Source: Heteronotia binoei
Lineage: Eukaryota
Reading direction: 5' to 3'
Length of the DNA stretch: 64,000 nucleotides
Assembly (NCBI RefSeq): GCF_032191835.1
Contig: NC_083239.1
Coordinates: forward strand, 35,340,001 to 35,404,000
Under the pieces are notes generated by a model that was not told the DNA's origin, ran no database searches, and worked only from the letters and a program-made list of their open reading frames with translations. Positions 12,538 through 24,059 of this stretch are shown in pieces. The position numbers were made by a program, and so were the translations under genes. Numbering within the stretch: position 1 is the first letter of the stretch; the number at the start of each line of letters is the position of its first letter.

Positions 12538-12964
12538 GCATGATTTCCATCCTTCTACAAGTTGCTTACTCTGACCTTTAGACTTTAGGCATCCTTGATA
12601 ATTGAGAAGCTCTCTAAGTGATCACTGTGGGAACCCCTTTACAAAAAGCTGTCTGGTCACCCTTTGGCACTACAAAAAATGTGACTCACTGCTACAAAAA
12701 ATGTCACCCACTAAATCACTTGGGTTTTTTTTTCTTAAAACTAAAAAATAATATTATGGGTCTATCTTCTCATCCTCACCATACACTTCTCTCCTCTACT
12801 TCATTCTACACTAGGCCATTCTATATAACACATTAGGTTCCAATGACTATTGAAGCTATCATTATATAGTTGTTGCTCTATTCTTAAGCCTCACTCCAAT
12901 CCTTACAATAATCCTTACACTAATAGTAACCCTATCCTTTTTCTTTGATTCATTTACCATGAAC

Positions 12965-13243
12965 TCTGCCCTGTGGCGCAGAGTGATTAGGCTGCAGTTC
13001 TGCAGTCCTATGCTCTGCTCATGACCTGAGTTCAATCCCAGTAGAAGCTGGGTTCAGGTAGCCAGCTCAAGGCTGACTCAGCCTTCCATCCTTCCGAGGT
13101 CGGTAAAATGAGTCCCCAGCTTGCTGGGGGTAAGGTGTAGATGACTGGGGAACACAATAGTCTGCCATGAAAACGCCGTGATGCAATGTCAGCCCAGAAT
13201 CAGAAACGACTGGTGCTTGCACAGGGGACTACCTTTACCTTTT
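12965..13243 (+). mobile_element. Sauria-type SINE
   Basis: gtggcgcagagtg head with B-box-like gagttcaatccc; ggggactacctttaccttt tail. Confidence 0.75.
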
Positions 13244-13289
13244 TATTATTTATGTACTGTTAGCTACCTCTGATTTTGGAATACTCACA

Positions 13290-13800
13290 GGTTGAGCTTG
13301 ATTATATGCTCTTTCCATATATGCCCAGGAGGTTGTTATATTCGGCCTCCCAACAGCTGTTGGCCGTTCCCGGCCCAAGAGATGCCTGCCTCGCCTCAAC
13401 TAGGGCCAGGGCTTTTTCAGTCCTGGCCCCAACCTGGTGAAATCAGCTTCCTATTGAGATCCGGGCCCTTCCTGGCTTATTAGCCTTCCATAGGGCCTGT
13501 AAAATGGAGCTGTTCTACCAGGCTTTTAGCTGAGGCTGTGGGCATCTATTCTTGATCTGGTTGGCCTCCCTGGCCAGCACTGTCATCTGTGCTAGGAATT
13601 GGAAAAAAAACTGCCATCCCTATGAGATATCATGATGTGAGATGGCTAGGCTGGGCAATATATGATGGCATGGCAATCTGAGTGCTGTTGAGTTGTCTGT
13701 TTTAAAATGTTTTTATTGTATTTTATTGTTTTATTATATGTTGTACTCCACCCTGAGCCCTACAGGGAACGGGCGGAATAGAAATTTACTAAATAAAAAA
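13290..13800 (+). mobile_element. L2-like LINE 3' fragment
   Basis: Similar to the 3' ends at 24.8-25.26 kb and 57.8-58.2 kb; ends ccctgagccc...aataaa. Confidence 0.5.
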
Positions 13801-14721
13801 TAGTAATTATGAAGTCCTTATTTAGGCTAAAAAGAGAGATGAAGACTATGTGCACTCTTCATTATGATCCTTGATTTCTTTCCCACACTACTCTCAAGCA
13901 TAGCAGTTCCTCTATGTTCATATGGAGATTCTCTGTACTATTTGTGTCCATCTGCTTGTCACTTATTTTCCGGCCCTCTAATATCAGTGTAATATATGCT
14001 GTAGAAAAGTTTGGCTCTTGGGGTGTGCACTAAGAAAACACTTGGTATACTTTTGTATCTAGAGTGGGAGGGGGCAGATTTTTTCCTACATGTAATTTTT
14101 TTCTGTTCACATAGGACATTGCCTGTTTTTTTTTTTTAATTAAGATCTATGTGCTTTTTCAGATTCTGCTGCTTCAGGTCTTTCAATGGGGAATCTATTG
14201 GAGGGCCTGAGGCAGCTGTTTATTAAGATAGTCTGGCATGCACTCTAAATATACCCAGAAATGTTTTAAGTGAATTGGATAAAGATATCTGATTTTAGCG
14301 AACCAGGAAGTAGATGTGTATCACCAGAGAAGCAGTTCTCTCCACTGATTTCTATGAGGGCAGATTGGCAACAGCATTGGAGGTAAGGTGGTGGTGGTGA
14401 AATGTAATTTGCATTCATTTCATTTTCCTACTCGTACAGTGCCTGGGTGGCTCTCTCTGGTACTTGGAAGGGAGATCACCAAGGAAGGTTCTGCAAAATC
14501 GCTTTCAGGAATTGCCATAACTGGGCTGTGACTTGACAGCACTTTACACACACACCTGTTAGCAAAGGCATGCAATATCTGACAAGCAAGGAAAGCAGCA
14601 CGAAACATCTGACAAGAAAGGACCTTTCCTTTTATGAAGAACATTCGAGATTAATAAATGTTGAAAGTACTTGTTCTACTGTGAGGCATTTCTTCATCCA
14701 TAGACAATTTGAAGTACTTAC

Positions 14722-14742
14722 CGCAGCAGAAATTATCCACTG
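14722..14742 (-). CDS. Candidate micro-exon QWIISAA (21 nt)
   Basis: ttttttccttttcag|...|gtaagtac; strong sites; flanks duplicated around 17501-17524. Confidence 0.55.
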
Positions 14743-14984
14743 CTGAAAAGGAAAAAAAAATCATGGTATCTTATTTCTAAATAATGTTACATTCTCTCCA
14801 CTGATTTCTGTTCACACTATCTGTAGCTACAATCTGTACTTCCTCCATCTTTTCTATAGCCATGGGTTGATTTGTCTTGGCCCCTCCTCAAATATTATAT
14901 GAGGGAAATAATTGGATGGCTGAAGAGAACTACCCAGTGGGGAGGCACCCAACTTTCTTCTCCTCCTGCTAAATATAGAAATTG

Positions 14985-15610
14985 AACAAACCAAGTGCTA
15001 TAAATATCTAGGCTTAACGTTCAATTATAATCTCAAATGGGTAGTCCTATAATTTTAGATTGATTAAACAAAGGCTCCTTGATTTAGAACTTACTAAATT
15101 ATGTCCTGTTCAATATTATACATGCTCACTGGTGGCACTTGGTCTTGCTCAACCCATTGGAAAAATGGCCAACTATTTATGTGATCTAGAAAACTCCCAG
15201 CGACGGAGAGCATTTGTGTTAGCGAGGATGAATGCCTTTCCTTCAAATGCTTTTTTTATGGCAGATTCATCCAAATCCCATATAGAGAGAGAGTCTGTCC
15301 TTGTGGGGTGAACAGCCCAGATTCCATCCAACATCTATTGCTGGACTGTCAGTTATATTCTAATCCCCGGAGAGAACTGGTTGGAAATCTTTCCTTCTCT
15401 GTAACCTAGTGAATGGGATTGATTTCTGCCACCTACTGAAAGGTAATGAAATAGAAATCACAAGGGCTGTTAGTAAATTTCTGGAGAAGTCCATTAAAAT
15501 CTATGCGGGGCATCTTTCACTATAAATTTTATAAGCTTTTTTTTCTTAATCTTCGACTGTATATTTTGTCTGCCCTTATTTCATGTCATGCCTGAGTATG
15601 TCAATAAAAG
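14985..15610 (+). mobile_element. Degenerate LINE 3' end with RT thumb and CCHC-like knuckle; related remnant near 34830-35080
   Basis: KCYKYLGLTF and RRAFVLARMNAFPS...HLLLDCQLY read across frameshifts. Confidence 0.45.
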
Positions 15611-15799
15611 GTATGATGATGATGAAATCTCCACCCTGTGATGCATAATATAAAAGAATAGTAAGGGCTGAAATCACAAGGGGTTGTATTGATTTCTCTA
15701 AAAAGTGAAATCAAAGAGAAATCCCTCTTTTTAAAGGGGGGGAGGGAAAGAATAGGAGGAACCAGTGGCTATATCTGAAAGGGAAAAAAAAGAATAGGG

Positions 15800-16017
15800 G
15801 AGGGACGGTGGCTCAGTGGTAGAGCATCGGCTTGGGAAGCAGAAGGTCCCAGGTTCAATCCCCAGCATCTCCAACTAAAAAGGGCCTAGGCAAATAGGTG
15901 TGAAAAACCTCATCTTGAGACCCTGGAAAGCCGCTGCCAGTCTGAGAAGACAATACTGACTTTGATGGACCAAAGGTCTGATTCAGTAGAAGGCAGCTTC
16001 ATATGTTCATATGTTCA
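15800..16017 (+). mobile_element. tRNA-derived SINE with CR1-like tail (Squam3-like); second copy 29520-29735 on the minus strand
   Basis: ggtggctcagtggtagagcat A box, ggttcaatccc B box, (catatgtt)n tail. Confidence 0.7.
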
Positions 16018-16291
16018 ATAGTAGAAAAAAATTCTGTCTCCATAATAATGCTAGGAAATATGTATGCACCCAGACAATATCCGTATGTATTCCTGTTCAG
16101 TAGCACCTGATTGAAATAGGGTTCTACTTTGAAGGACACCTGAGGAAACTGTTAGGAAAAATTTGACAAGCTTAATCTAGGCCCAAAATAGCAAAGCATG
16201 ATGAACTGTGCAACAAATACACAAAGGGTTTATTATTGAATGTTCCCCTTACATTTAACAAGAGAAAAAAAAATACATTCGTTCTTCATAC

Positions 16292-16312
16292 TTGTGAAAT
16301 TTCCCTCAATAT
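16292..16312 (-). CDS. Candidate micro-exon ILREISQ (21 nt)
   Basis: ccatggataaaaaatgtag|...|gtatga; open phase 0; weak pyrimidine tract. Confidence 0.35.
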
Positions 16313-16447
16313 CTACATTTTTTATCCATGGCATACAGTTCGGGCAGCTTCATACTCATGGTGGTAACTTTAACAATATTTCTGCACTTCTAATAATTTA
16401 AATAATTTCAAAAATGTAATCGTCATGGCTTTCATAAAGGAAAATAC

Positions 16448-16501
16448 CTTTGAGCCCTTCATTTGGTAGCAAAGACATTGTAAGAATGTGGGATGCAACG
16501 G
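16448..16501 (-). CDS. Candidate 54-nt exon PLHPTFLQCLCYQMKGSK
   Basis: tctttacttgtcag|...aag|gtattt; the 3' end LCYQMKGSK resembles the signal-exon ends LCLEIKGLE and LCLEVKGQE. Confidence 0.4.
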
Positions 16502-17500
16502 CTGACAAGTAAAGACCTTTCCAGATATTGAAGACATTAGAGATTAATACAGTCTTGAAGTCCACTTGGAGATTAGAAGACTGAACCCTTCATACACAGA
16601 TAATATCGACAATCTACTAAATTTTTAAAAGACTCTTTATTCTGCAATCCCTACTTAAAAAAAAAAAAGTTTTCATCATGCTTTTAGATACTGTTACATG
16701 GCATATAAACTGCAATCTCTTTGTCCGTTCCATCTATTTTATCAAAAGTGCTAGATGTGTGGGAATTGTATACTTGGGATACTGCATCTGAAAAGGCACT
16801 GCTTCTAAATCACTATCAGTCTGTCTGTGCACCTGATGAAAGATGAAACAGAACTTGTGATGCTCATCTGTGTAACACACAAGGAATTGTTCCTTGAATA
16901 CTTGAATATAATCTTATGGTGGCAGGGTATAGTCTGATCCAGGGCTTTTTTTGTAGCAGGACCTCCTTTGAATACTAGGTCACACACCCCTGATGTAGCC
17001 AATTCTCCTGGAGTTTACAGTAGGCACTGTACTAAGAGCCCTGTAAGCTCTTAGAGGATTGGCTACATCAGAAGGGGTGGCCTGTATACGCAAATGAGGT
17101 CCTGTTAAAAAAAACAACAAAACCCTGGTCTGATCTCATCAGATCTCAGAAGCCAAATAGGTCTGCTACTTGGGAGACTACCAAGGAAGGCTCTGCAGAG
17201 AAAGGCAATGGCAACCTCTTTTGCTTCTCACTTACCTTGAAGGCCCCTACAGGGATTTCCATATGTTATCTGTGATATGACAGAACTTTGCATGCATGTG
17301 CATGAGCGCGCGCGCACACACACACATACACTATCTGTTATCAAAGGCATGCAAAATCTGACAAGCAAGGAAAACCGCATGAAACTTCTGACAAGCAAGG
17401 ATCGTTCCTTGTATGAAGAACGTTAGAGATGACTAAATTTCAAAAGTACTTTGGCAACTGTGAGGCGTTTCTTGATACATTGACAGTTTGAAGTACTTAC

Positions 17501-17524
17501 CAAGTAGTCTTTGACTTTTGTATA
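17501..17524 (-). CDS. Candidate micro-exon YTKVKDYL (24 nt)
   Basis: ccccctccctatttag|...|gtaagtac; strong sites; duplicate context of 14722-14742. Confidence 0.55.
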
Positions 17525-18164
17525 CTAAATAGGGAGGGGGAAAAGGCATGGTAATTTATTTTTAGACAATATTACATGGTATAGTAGCTACAATCTGTTT
17601 GTTCCCTCCATCTTTTCTATACCCCGGGGCTGATTTATCTTGGCACTTTCTCAAATAAAGTATGAGGGAAATAATTAGATGGCTGAAGAGTGCCATCCAA
17701 TGGGCAGGAGTAGGTTGGAGTTGATTTAAGAATGCCTCATTCTTTTTAGCAGGCTTTTCCCACCTGCTGCTGACCCACCCACTTTCCCTATAGCTTCGGT
17801 GGGATTAGCTGGTCTCCTTTCATGGGGCTAGACTGATATTTTNNNNNNNNNNNNNNNNNNNNNNNNNNNNNNNNNNNNNNNNNNNNNNNNNNNNNNNNNN
17901 NNNNNNNNNNNNNNNNNNNNNNNNNNNNNNNNNNNNNNNNNNNNNNNNNNNNNNNNNNNNNNNNNNNNNNNNNNNNNNNNNNNNNNNNNNNNNNNNNNNN
18001 NNNNNNNNNNNNNNNNNNNNNNNNNNNNNNNNNNNNNNNNNNNNNNNNNNNNNNNNNNNNNNNNNNNNNNNNNNNATATAAAAGAGCCTTGGGGTTACAC
18101 TGTTTAGGTCATAATTGGCCAATTCCACATTGATAATTTTAAATTATTGGTTTCAGTTAATGGA

Positions 18165-18507
18165 TTTTTATTTATTGTATGGTATTCATTTTTGTTAACA
18201 TTATAGGCCACCATGAGTTCCTGTAAGATTGAAATGTGACTAATAAATGTTTTAAGTAAACAAATACATTTGTCCTTCCAGAAAATATTCTTGTTGACAT
18301 AACTATGAGTGCAAACCAACAAAATAGAGGGGGGATGCAGGTTTGGATTGCCCACATGTAACTGAAAAACTGAAGACATGTTGTATGTCTGAACTGCATG
18401 ATATCTGAGGGAATCTATGCCATTTTCTGAATGCAAATTTTCCAGCATTGATCTTTGTCCTTTCTGGGAGGATTTATATTGTGAATCCTCTTTAGCTAAA
18501 TTTCCCC
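18165..18507 (-). other. Candidate terminal exon (GEI-stop in phase 0, then 3' UTR, AATAAA at 18171-18176)
   Basis: Acceptor tatcctatttcag|GGGGAAATTTAG and a downstream polyA signal. Confidence 0.35.
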
Positions 18508-18819
18508 CTGAAATAGGATAGTACATTTATTTTCCTTTCTTCAGGCATTTGGAATCCGTTTCTAAGCCAGGGTCAGGATCAGAATACCCTGAGGGAGGGG
18601 CAGTTGCCAGGGGGTCCTACCACAATCCCCAAAGTTAAAGATCTGCAGGTGGTCTAAAATGGTGACCGTTCTGGTGGGTACAGTGGAGGAGTTCCAATCT
18701 GCACATGCTCCACAGCATCCTCAGGAAAATGACATAAGGACTGTGAGGGAAAAGCTCCCCTTTTTGAACATCAAAGAAAACTGGGGAAGCCATTAGGCCA
18801 TCAGGTTTGACCTTGATCA

Positions 18820-21226
18820 CATCCCTTATGAATATACAGTGCAGGTGAAGAATAGGTTTAAGGAACTAGAGTTGATAAGGCAGAGTGCCTGAAGTACTAT
18901 GGATGGAGGTTTGTGACATTATTCAGGAGGCAGCAATCAGCACCATCCCAAAGAAAAAGAAATGCAAGAAAACAAAGTGGCTATCTAATGAGGCTTTACA
19001 AATAGCTGAGGAAAGGAGGAAAGTGAAAGGCAAAGGTGAAAAGGAAAGATCCACCCAACTGAATGCAGATTTCCAGAGAACAGCAAGTAGAGATAAGGAG
19101 GCCTTCCTGAAGGAATAATGCAAAGCAATAGAGGAAAAGAATAGAATGGGAAGGACAAGAGATCTCTTCAAGAAAATTTGAGAAATCAAAATAACGTTTC
19201 ATGCAAAGATGGCCATGATAAGGGACAAAAATGGCAGGGAACTAACAAAAGCAGAAGAGGTTAGGAAGAGATGGCAAGAATACACAGAAGAATTATACAT
19301 GAAGGATCTCAATGTCCTTGACGACCATGACAGTGAAATCACTGACCTCAAGCCAGACATCCTGGAGTGCGAAGTCAAATGGGCCTTAGAAAGCATTACT
19401 AACAACAAAGCAAGTGCAGACGATGGTATCCCAGTTGAGCTATTCAAAATCCTAAAAGATGATGGTGTTAAAGTAATGCACTCATTATGTCAGCAAATTT
19501 GGAAAATGCAACAGTAGCCACAGGATTGGAAAAGGTCAGTTTATATTTCAATCCCAAAAAAGGGTAATGCCAAGGAATGTTCAAACTATTGCACCATTGC
19601 ACTCATTTTACACACCAGGAAGGTCATGTTAAAGATCCTACAAGCTAGGCTTCAGCAGTATGTGGATCGGGAACCACCAGAAGTACAAGCTGGGTTTTGG
19701 AGAGGTAGAGGAACAAGAGATCAAATTCCCAACATTCACTGGATTATGAAGAAACCACAGGAGTAACAGAAAAACATCTATTTCTGCTTCATTGACTATG
19801 TTAAAGCCTTTGATTGTGTGCATCACAACCAACTGTGGCAAGTTGGGATGGGAGTACCAGACCACCTCAGATGTCTTCTGAGAAACCTATATAAGTGACT
19901 GTCAGAACAGGATACGGAACAACTGATTGGTTTAGAATAGGAAAAGGAGTTTGACAGGGATGCATATTGTCACTCTGCTTATTTAATTTATATGCAGAGT
20001 ATATCATCTGGAATGCCAGCCTGGATAAAGCAGAAGCTGGAATTAAGGTTGCGGGGGAAACATCAACAATCTCAGATATGCAGATATTACCACTCTAATG
20101 GCAGAAAGTGAAGAGGACCTAAAGAACCTCTTGTTGAGGGTGAAAGAAGAGAACACAAAAGTAGGTTTGAAACTCAACATAGCAAAAACTAAGATCATGG
20201 TATCTGGTCCCATCACTGCTTGGCAAATAGAAGAGGAAGACAGACTTCATATTCCTGGGATCCAAGATCACTGCAGATGGTGACTGTAGCCATGAAACTA
20301 AAAGATGGTTGCTCCTTGGGAGGACAGTTATGGTGAACCTGGGCAGTATAATAAAAAGTAGAGACATCGCACTGCCAAGAAAAGTCCATATAGTCAAAGT
20401 GATGGTATTCCCAGTAGTAATGTATAACTGTAAGAGTTGGACCATAAGGAAGGCCGAGTGGAGAAGAATAGATGCTCTCATGTTATGGTGTTGGAGAAGA
20501 CTCTTGAGAGTCCCNNNNNNNNNNNNNNNNNNNNNNNNNNNNNNNNNNNNNNNNNNNNNNNNNNNNNNNNNNNNNNNNNNNNNNNNNNNNNNNNNNNNNN
20601 NNNNNNNNNNNNNNNNNNNNNNNNNNNNNNNNNNNNNNNNNNNNNNNNNNNNNNCCGCCCTCCACTCCAAAGAGTCTCAGAGCAGCTCACAATCTCCTTT
20701 ACCTTCCTCGCCCACAACAGACACCCTGTGAGGTGGGTGGGGCTCGAGAGGGCTCTCACAGCAGCTGCCCTTTCAAGGACAACCTCTGCCAGAGCTATGG
20801 CTGACCCAAGGCCATTCCAGCAGGTGCAAGTGGAGGAGTGGGGAATCAAACCCGGTTCTCCCAGATAAGAGTCCGCACACTTAACCACTACACCAAACTG
20901 GCTCTCAAATCAGATCAAATCAGTCAGTCCTAAGGGAAATCAACCCTGATTGTTCCCTTGAAGGTCAGATGCTGAAGCTGAAGCTCAAATACTTTGACCA
21001 CCAAATGAGAAGGGAGCACTCACCGGAGAAGACCCTGATGCTGGGAAAGACAGAAGGCAAAAGAAGAAGGGGACGGTAAAAGATGAGATGGCTGGACAGC
21101 ATTACTAATATAACCAACATGAATCTGAGTGGACTTTGGAGGATGCTGGAAGACAGGAGAGTCTGGCGTGACTTGCTCCATGGTGTTGCGAAGAGTCGGA
21201 CTCGACTGTGTGACTGAACAACAGCA
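18820..21226 (+). mobile_element. RTE-BovB LINE, 5'-truncated and degenerate, interrupted by an N gap and a SINE (20655-20905)
   Basis: MPEVLWMEVCDIIQEA..., RWQEYTEELY, KASADDGIPVELFKILKDD, MAESEEDLKNLL...; BovB 3' end ...gtgtgactgaacaac. Confidence 0.9.
20655..20905 (-). mobile_element. tRNA-derived SINE with L2-like tail; second copy near 27410-27693
   Basis: Minus strand reads agtttggtgtagtggttaagtgtgcggactcttatctgggagaaccgggtttgattcccca. Confidence 0.65.
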
Positions 21227-21239
21227 CATCTGGGTAACA

Positions 21240-21910
21240 AAAATGAGGAACACATACTGGATGGGAGATACACTTCTGGATAGCAGTGTGTGTGAATAAG
21301 ATATTGGGGTACAGATGAACCATAGGTTAGATATGAGCAGACAGTGTGATGCAGCAACAGAAAAGGCTAATGTGATCTTGGATTCATCAATGGAGGCACA
21401 ACATCCAAATTGTCATAGTCCCACTGTACACTGCATTGTTCAGGCCACACCTGGAGTATAGTGCGCAGTTCTGGAAGCCTCACTTCAAGAAGGATATGGA
21501 TAGAATGGAGCAGATTTAGTGTGAATGACAAGGATTATCAGGGGCCTGGAGACAAAGCCCAGTGAGGAAAGGCTGAGGGGCTTGGGAATGTTCATTCAGG
21601 ACAAGAGGAGGCTGAGGGGGGGGGGGGGACAGGATTGCTCTTTTTAAGTATTTGAAGGGCTGTCACTTAAAAGAGGGCAAGGAGCTGTTCCTGTTGTCAG
21701 CAAAGGAGAGGACTCAATTATATCTAAATTAAGGCTGGGAAGGTACTGACTGGTTATTTAGGGGGACTTTTTTTTTTTTTTTACAGTAAGCTTTTTTTCA
21801 ACAATGGAATCAGCTACCCTGGGAGGTGGTGAGCTCCCCCTCAACAGCAGTTTTTAAGCAACGACTGTATGAACACTTGTCAGGAATGCTGTAGGCTGGT
21901 CTTGTATTGA
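21240..21910 (+). mobile_element. CR1 LINE 3' fragment
   Basis: Encodes RPHLEY..QFW.PH.KKD and the CR1 3' region. Confidence 0.75.
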
Positions 21911-22120
21911 GCTTCGAGAATTTAATAACAACTTGGAACTAGCCCTGCTCTAAGCAATTCTGCTTCGAACAACCATAAAGAGGAATCAAAGAGGAATCTT
22001 TCTTATAAAAGGGAGGGGAGGGGAGGGAAGGGGGGAACAGTGATTATTATCTAAAAATGAATTTTGGAAAGAGAAACTCCCCTCACTGTAGCAATACAGC
22101 AAATATACATACATCTATAC

Positions 22121-22144
22121 ATTATCTGAATGTTTTCCCTTGGT
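22121..22144 (-). CDS. Candidate micro-exon TKGKHSDN (24 nt)
   Basis: tgctacttag|...aat|gtatag; weak donor; same length and end as 891-914. Confidence 0.3.
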
Positions 22145-22290
22145 CTAAGTAGCACTTGAATAGGATGGGGTTGTACTGTGCAAGGACACATAGTGAGAAG
22201 GCTAGGTGAATCTGGCAAGCATCATCCAGATCCCAGAGAACAAAATATTATGAAATAAGTGGCAAACGACAAAGAATTTAAAATACTCAC

Positions 22291-22305
22291 AATTTTTGGC
22301 AAACG
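22291..22305 (-). CDS. Candidate micro-exon RLPKI (15 nt)
   Basis: tcattaaatttag|CGTTTGCCAAAAATT|gtgagtatttt; family-typical donor. Confidence 0.55.
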
Positions 22306-22801
22306 CTAAATTTAATGAGAGGGGAAAAATGCATTAGGATCTATTTCTCAAAACAGCATCCTTACCCTCAAGACATATTTAAGAATGCATTTGCACTTCT
22401 AACTCAATTGAGGTTTGAACATTTTCATAAAGAGTGTTAGTAAATATATTTGTTTTAGCCCCTCTAACATTATTTCCCAAGTCTCTATTGGGAGTAAAAA
22501 TAGTTCTTAAATTCATTTAAAGTCTCAGGTAAATTTCTTAAATTTCCCTGTGTTTCTGTAACACCACTATGCACCTCTCTTAGTTCCTCTTTACCTAATT
22601 TCTCCCTGGAATATAACAGTCTGAGTATTTTCTCCATGAGGAAGAACGGTGAGTAATAACATTTTTAAATAAATAAATAATAGTTCTGCCTTGGTTTTAC
22701 AACATGATCTAAGTCTCCTCTTTGGGGGTGGGATACATTCACAGAATTCTGGAAGTCCATTGGAAACTTGAGGATATTATCTTGATATGTAGATAATACG
22801 T

Positions 22802-23349
22802 TGTGTATGTGGATATGCCCTTCAGGCCTGCGCAGAGGAATTTTTTAGGTGAAGCGCAGTGTGCGCGGTACTGGCTCCACCCTTTCACCTGGGGGTCATC
22901 TGCCATGGCCCAGTAAGCCGGGACGCCGGCAGCGAGTCCTCCAGGTGGTAGGTGTTACATTAACGTGCTCTATCTGCCCGGGTTTGATGTTAGAGTTTTC
23001 CTTCTCTTAGGCTGGCAAGGTTGGTGGGCCTTGAAGAAATCCCTTAGCACCTGTCACATCAACCATCACCAGTGGTCTGACCTAGCCTCAGATCGCAAAG
23101 CATGGAGGCACACCATCCACCAGGCTGTCTCTTTCTTTGAGAACGCATGCATAGCTGGTCTTGAGGACAAAAGGAGATTGAGGAAGAATCGCACTGCTAC
23201 AGCACCAACCCTAAATCAGACTTTTCCCTGCAGCCGCTGTGGCCGGACCTGCCTGTCCCACATTGGTCTTGTCAGCCACCAGCGAGCCTGCAGCAGATGT
23301 GGACTATTGCACCCTTCTTAAATCTTCGTTCGCGAAGCCAAGCCGAGAG
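22802..23349 (+). mobile_element. Short bipartite RTE-derived element with 11-bp TSD agataatacgt
   Basis: TSD at 22791-22801 and 23350-23360 (the tail boundary is ambiguous by 1-2 nt); the 3' part matches 1-172. Confidence 0.75.
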
Positions 23350-24059
23350 AGATAATACGTAATAGTTACAGAGAACCCAAGAAGCTGAAGTAGGCTTGCG
23401 AATCCCCATTTCCTAGTGGGGGATCTCACAGTTTGGCAGGCTCTTTTCCACTCCCAGTCAGCCGGCCGGTGGGGGAAAGCCCCACCCCAACATCCTCCAT
23501 GTGCCTTCAAACCTCGGAAGGTTTTAGAAGACACTGGGAACAGAAAGGTTTGTGTGCCTTTAAATCTTTGAGCCAGGCTGAATGGGGGAGGGGTGAGCAT
23601 CTCCTCCACTTAGACTTGGGGCATCCAACTGATTATAGTTCATCCTTTTAATAGCTTTTCTAAGGCACTACAGTCACTTGCCTCCCTTTCGTGATCCAAC
23701 TCATTGGCTGATCAGCAGGAAATGGCCAACTGACACCTCCCCCCTCTCTTTTAGTGCTCTGTCAATGGATTTCATTCTCTATTAGGGTTTGTAGAATCTT
23801 TCGGGATCAAGTGCCGTGTTCTACTGGAGAAAGTTTTCCTTCCAGACGTTTCGTTCTCAGCTGTGGAGAACATCCTCAGTGGCTTTGCAGCCGGAGCAGG
23901 TGCTCAGACCTTCTTGGCTGCTGTGCATTTCATTCTCTGTTTAATCATGCTGGGATACAGGGGTTGGCCTTATAGTGGCTCTCCTCCTTTCTCCAGGGTC
24001 GGGGACAAAGGGTGGCAATAGGGGAGGAACTATCCCGACGACATCCACTTGTATGCGGT

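Larger units (their letters stand above)
9040..12950 (-). repeat. Paralogous segment of the 52.8-63.5 kb Thr-rich gene, including two ~1.0 kb exon-intron units
   Basis: 9060-10090 resembles 10090-10990; 10690-10990 matches 60000-60250; 11200-11530 matches 60540-60900; 11640-11800 matches 61590-61750; 12110-12930 matches 63065-63540. Confidence 0.8.

Noticed and set aside
13790-15770. Strong minus-strand acceptors at about 13826 (PK*), 15698 (RNQYNPL*) and 15764 (I*)
   Set aside because: Plausible terminal exons, but without a clear polyA signal or paralog support I cannot tell them from chance.
15800-15875. tRNA gene
   Set aside because: The tRNA-like head continues into a SINE body and tail and has no acceptor stem.
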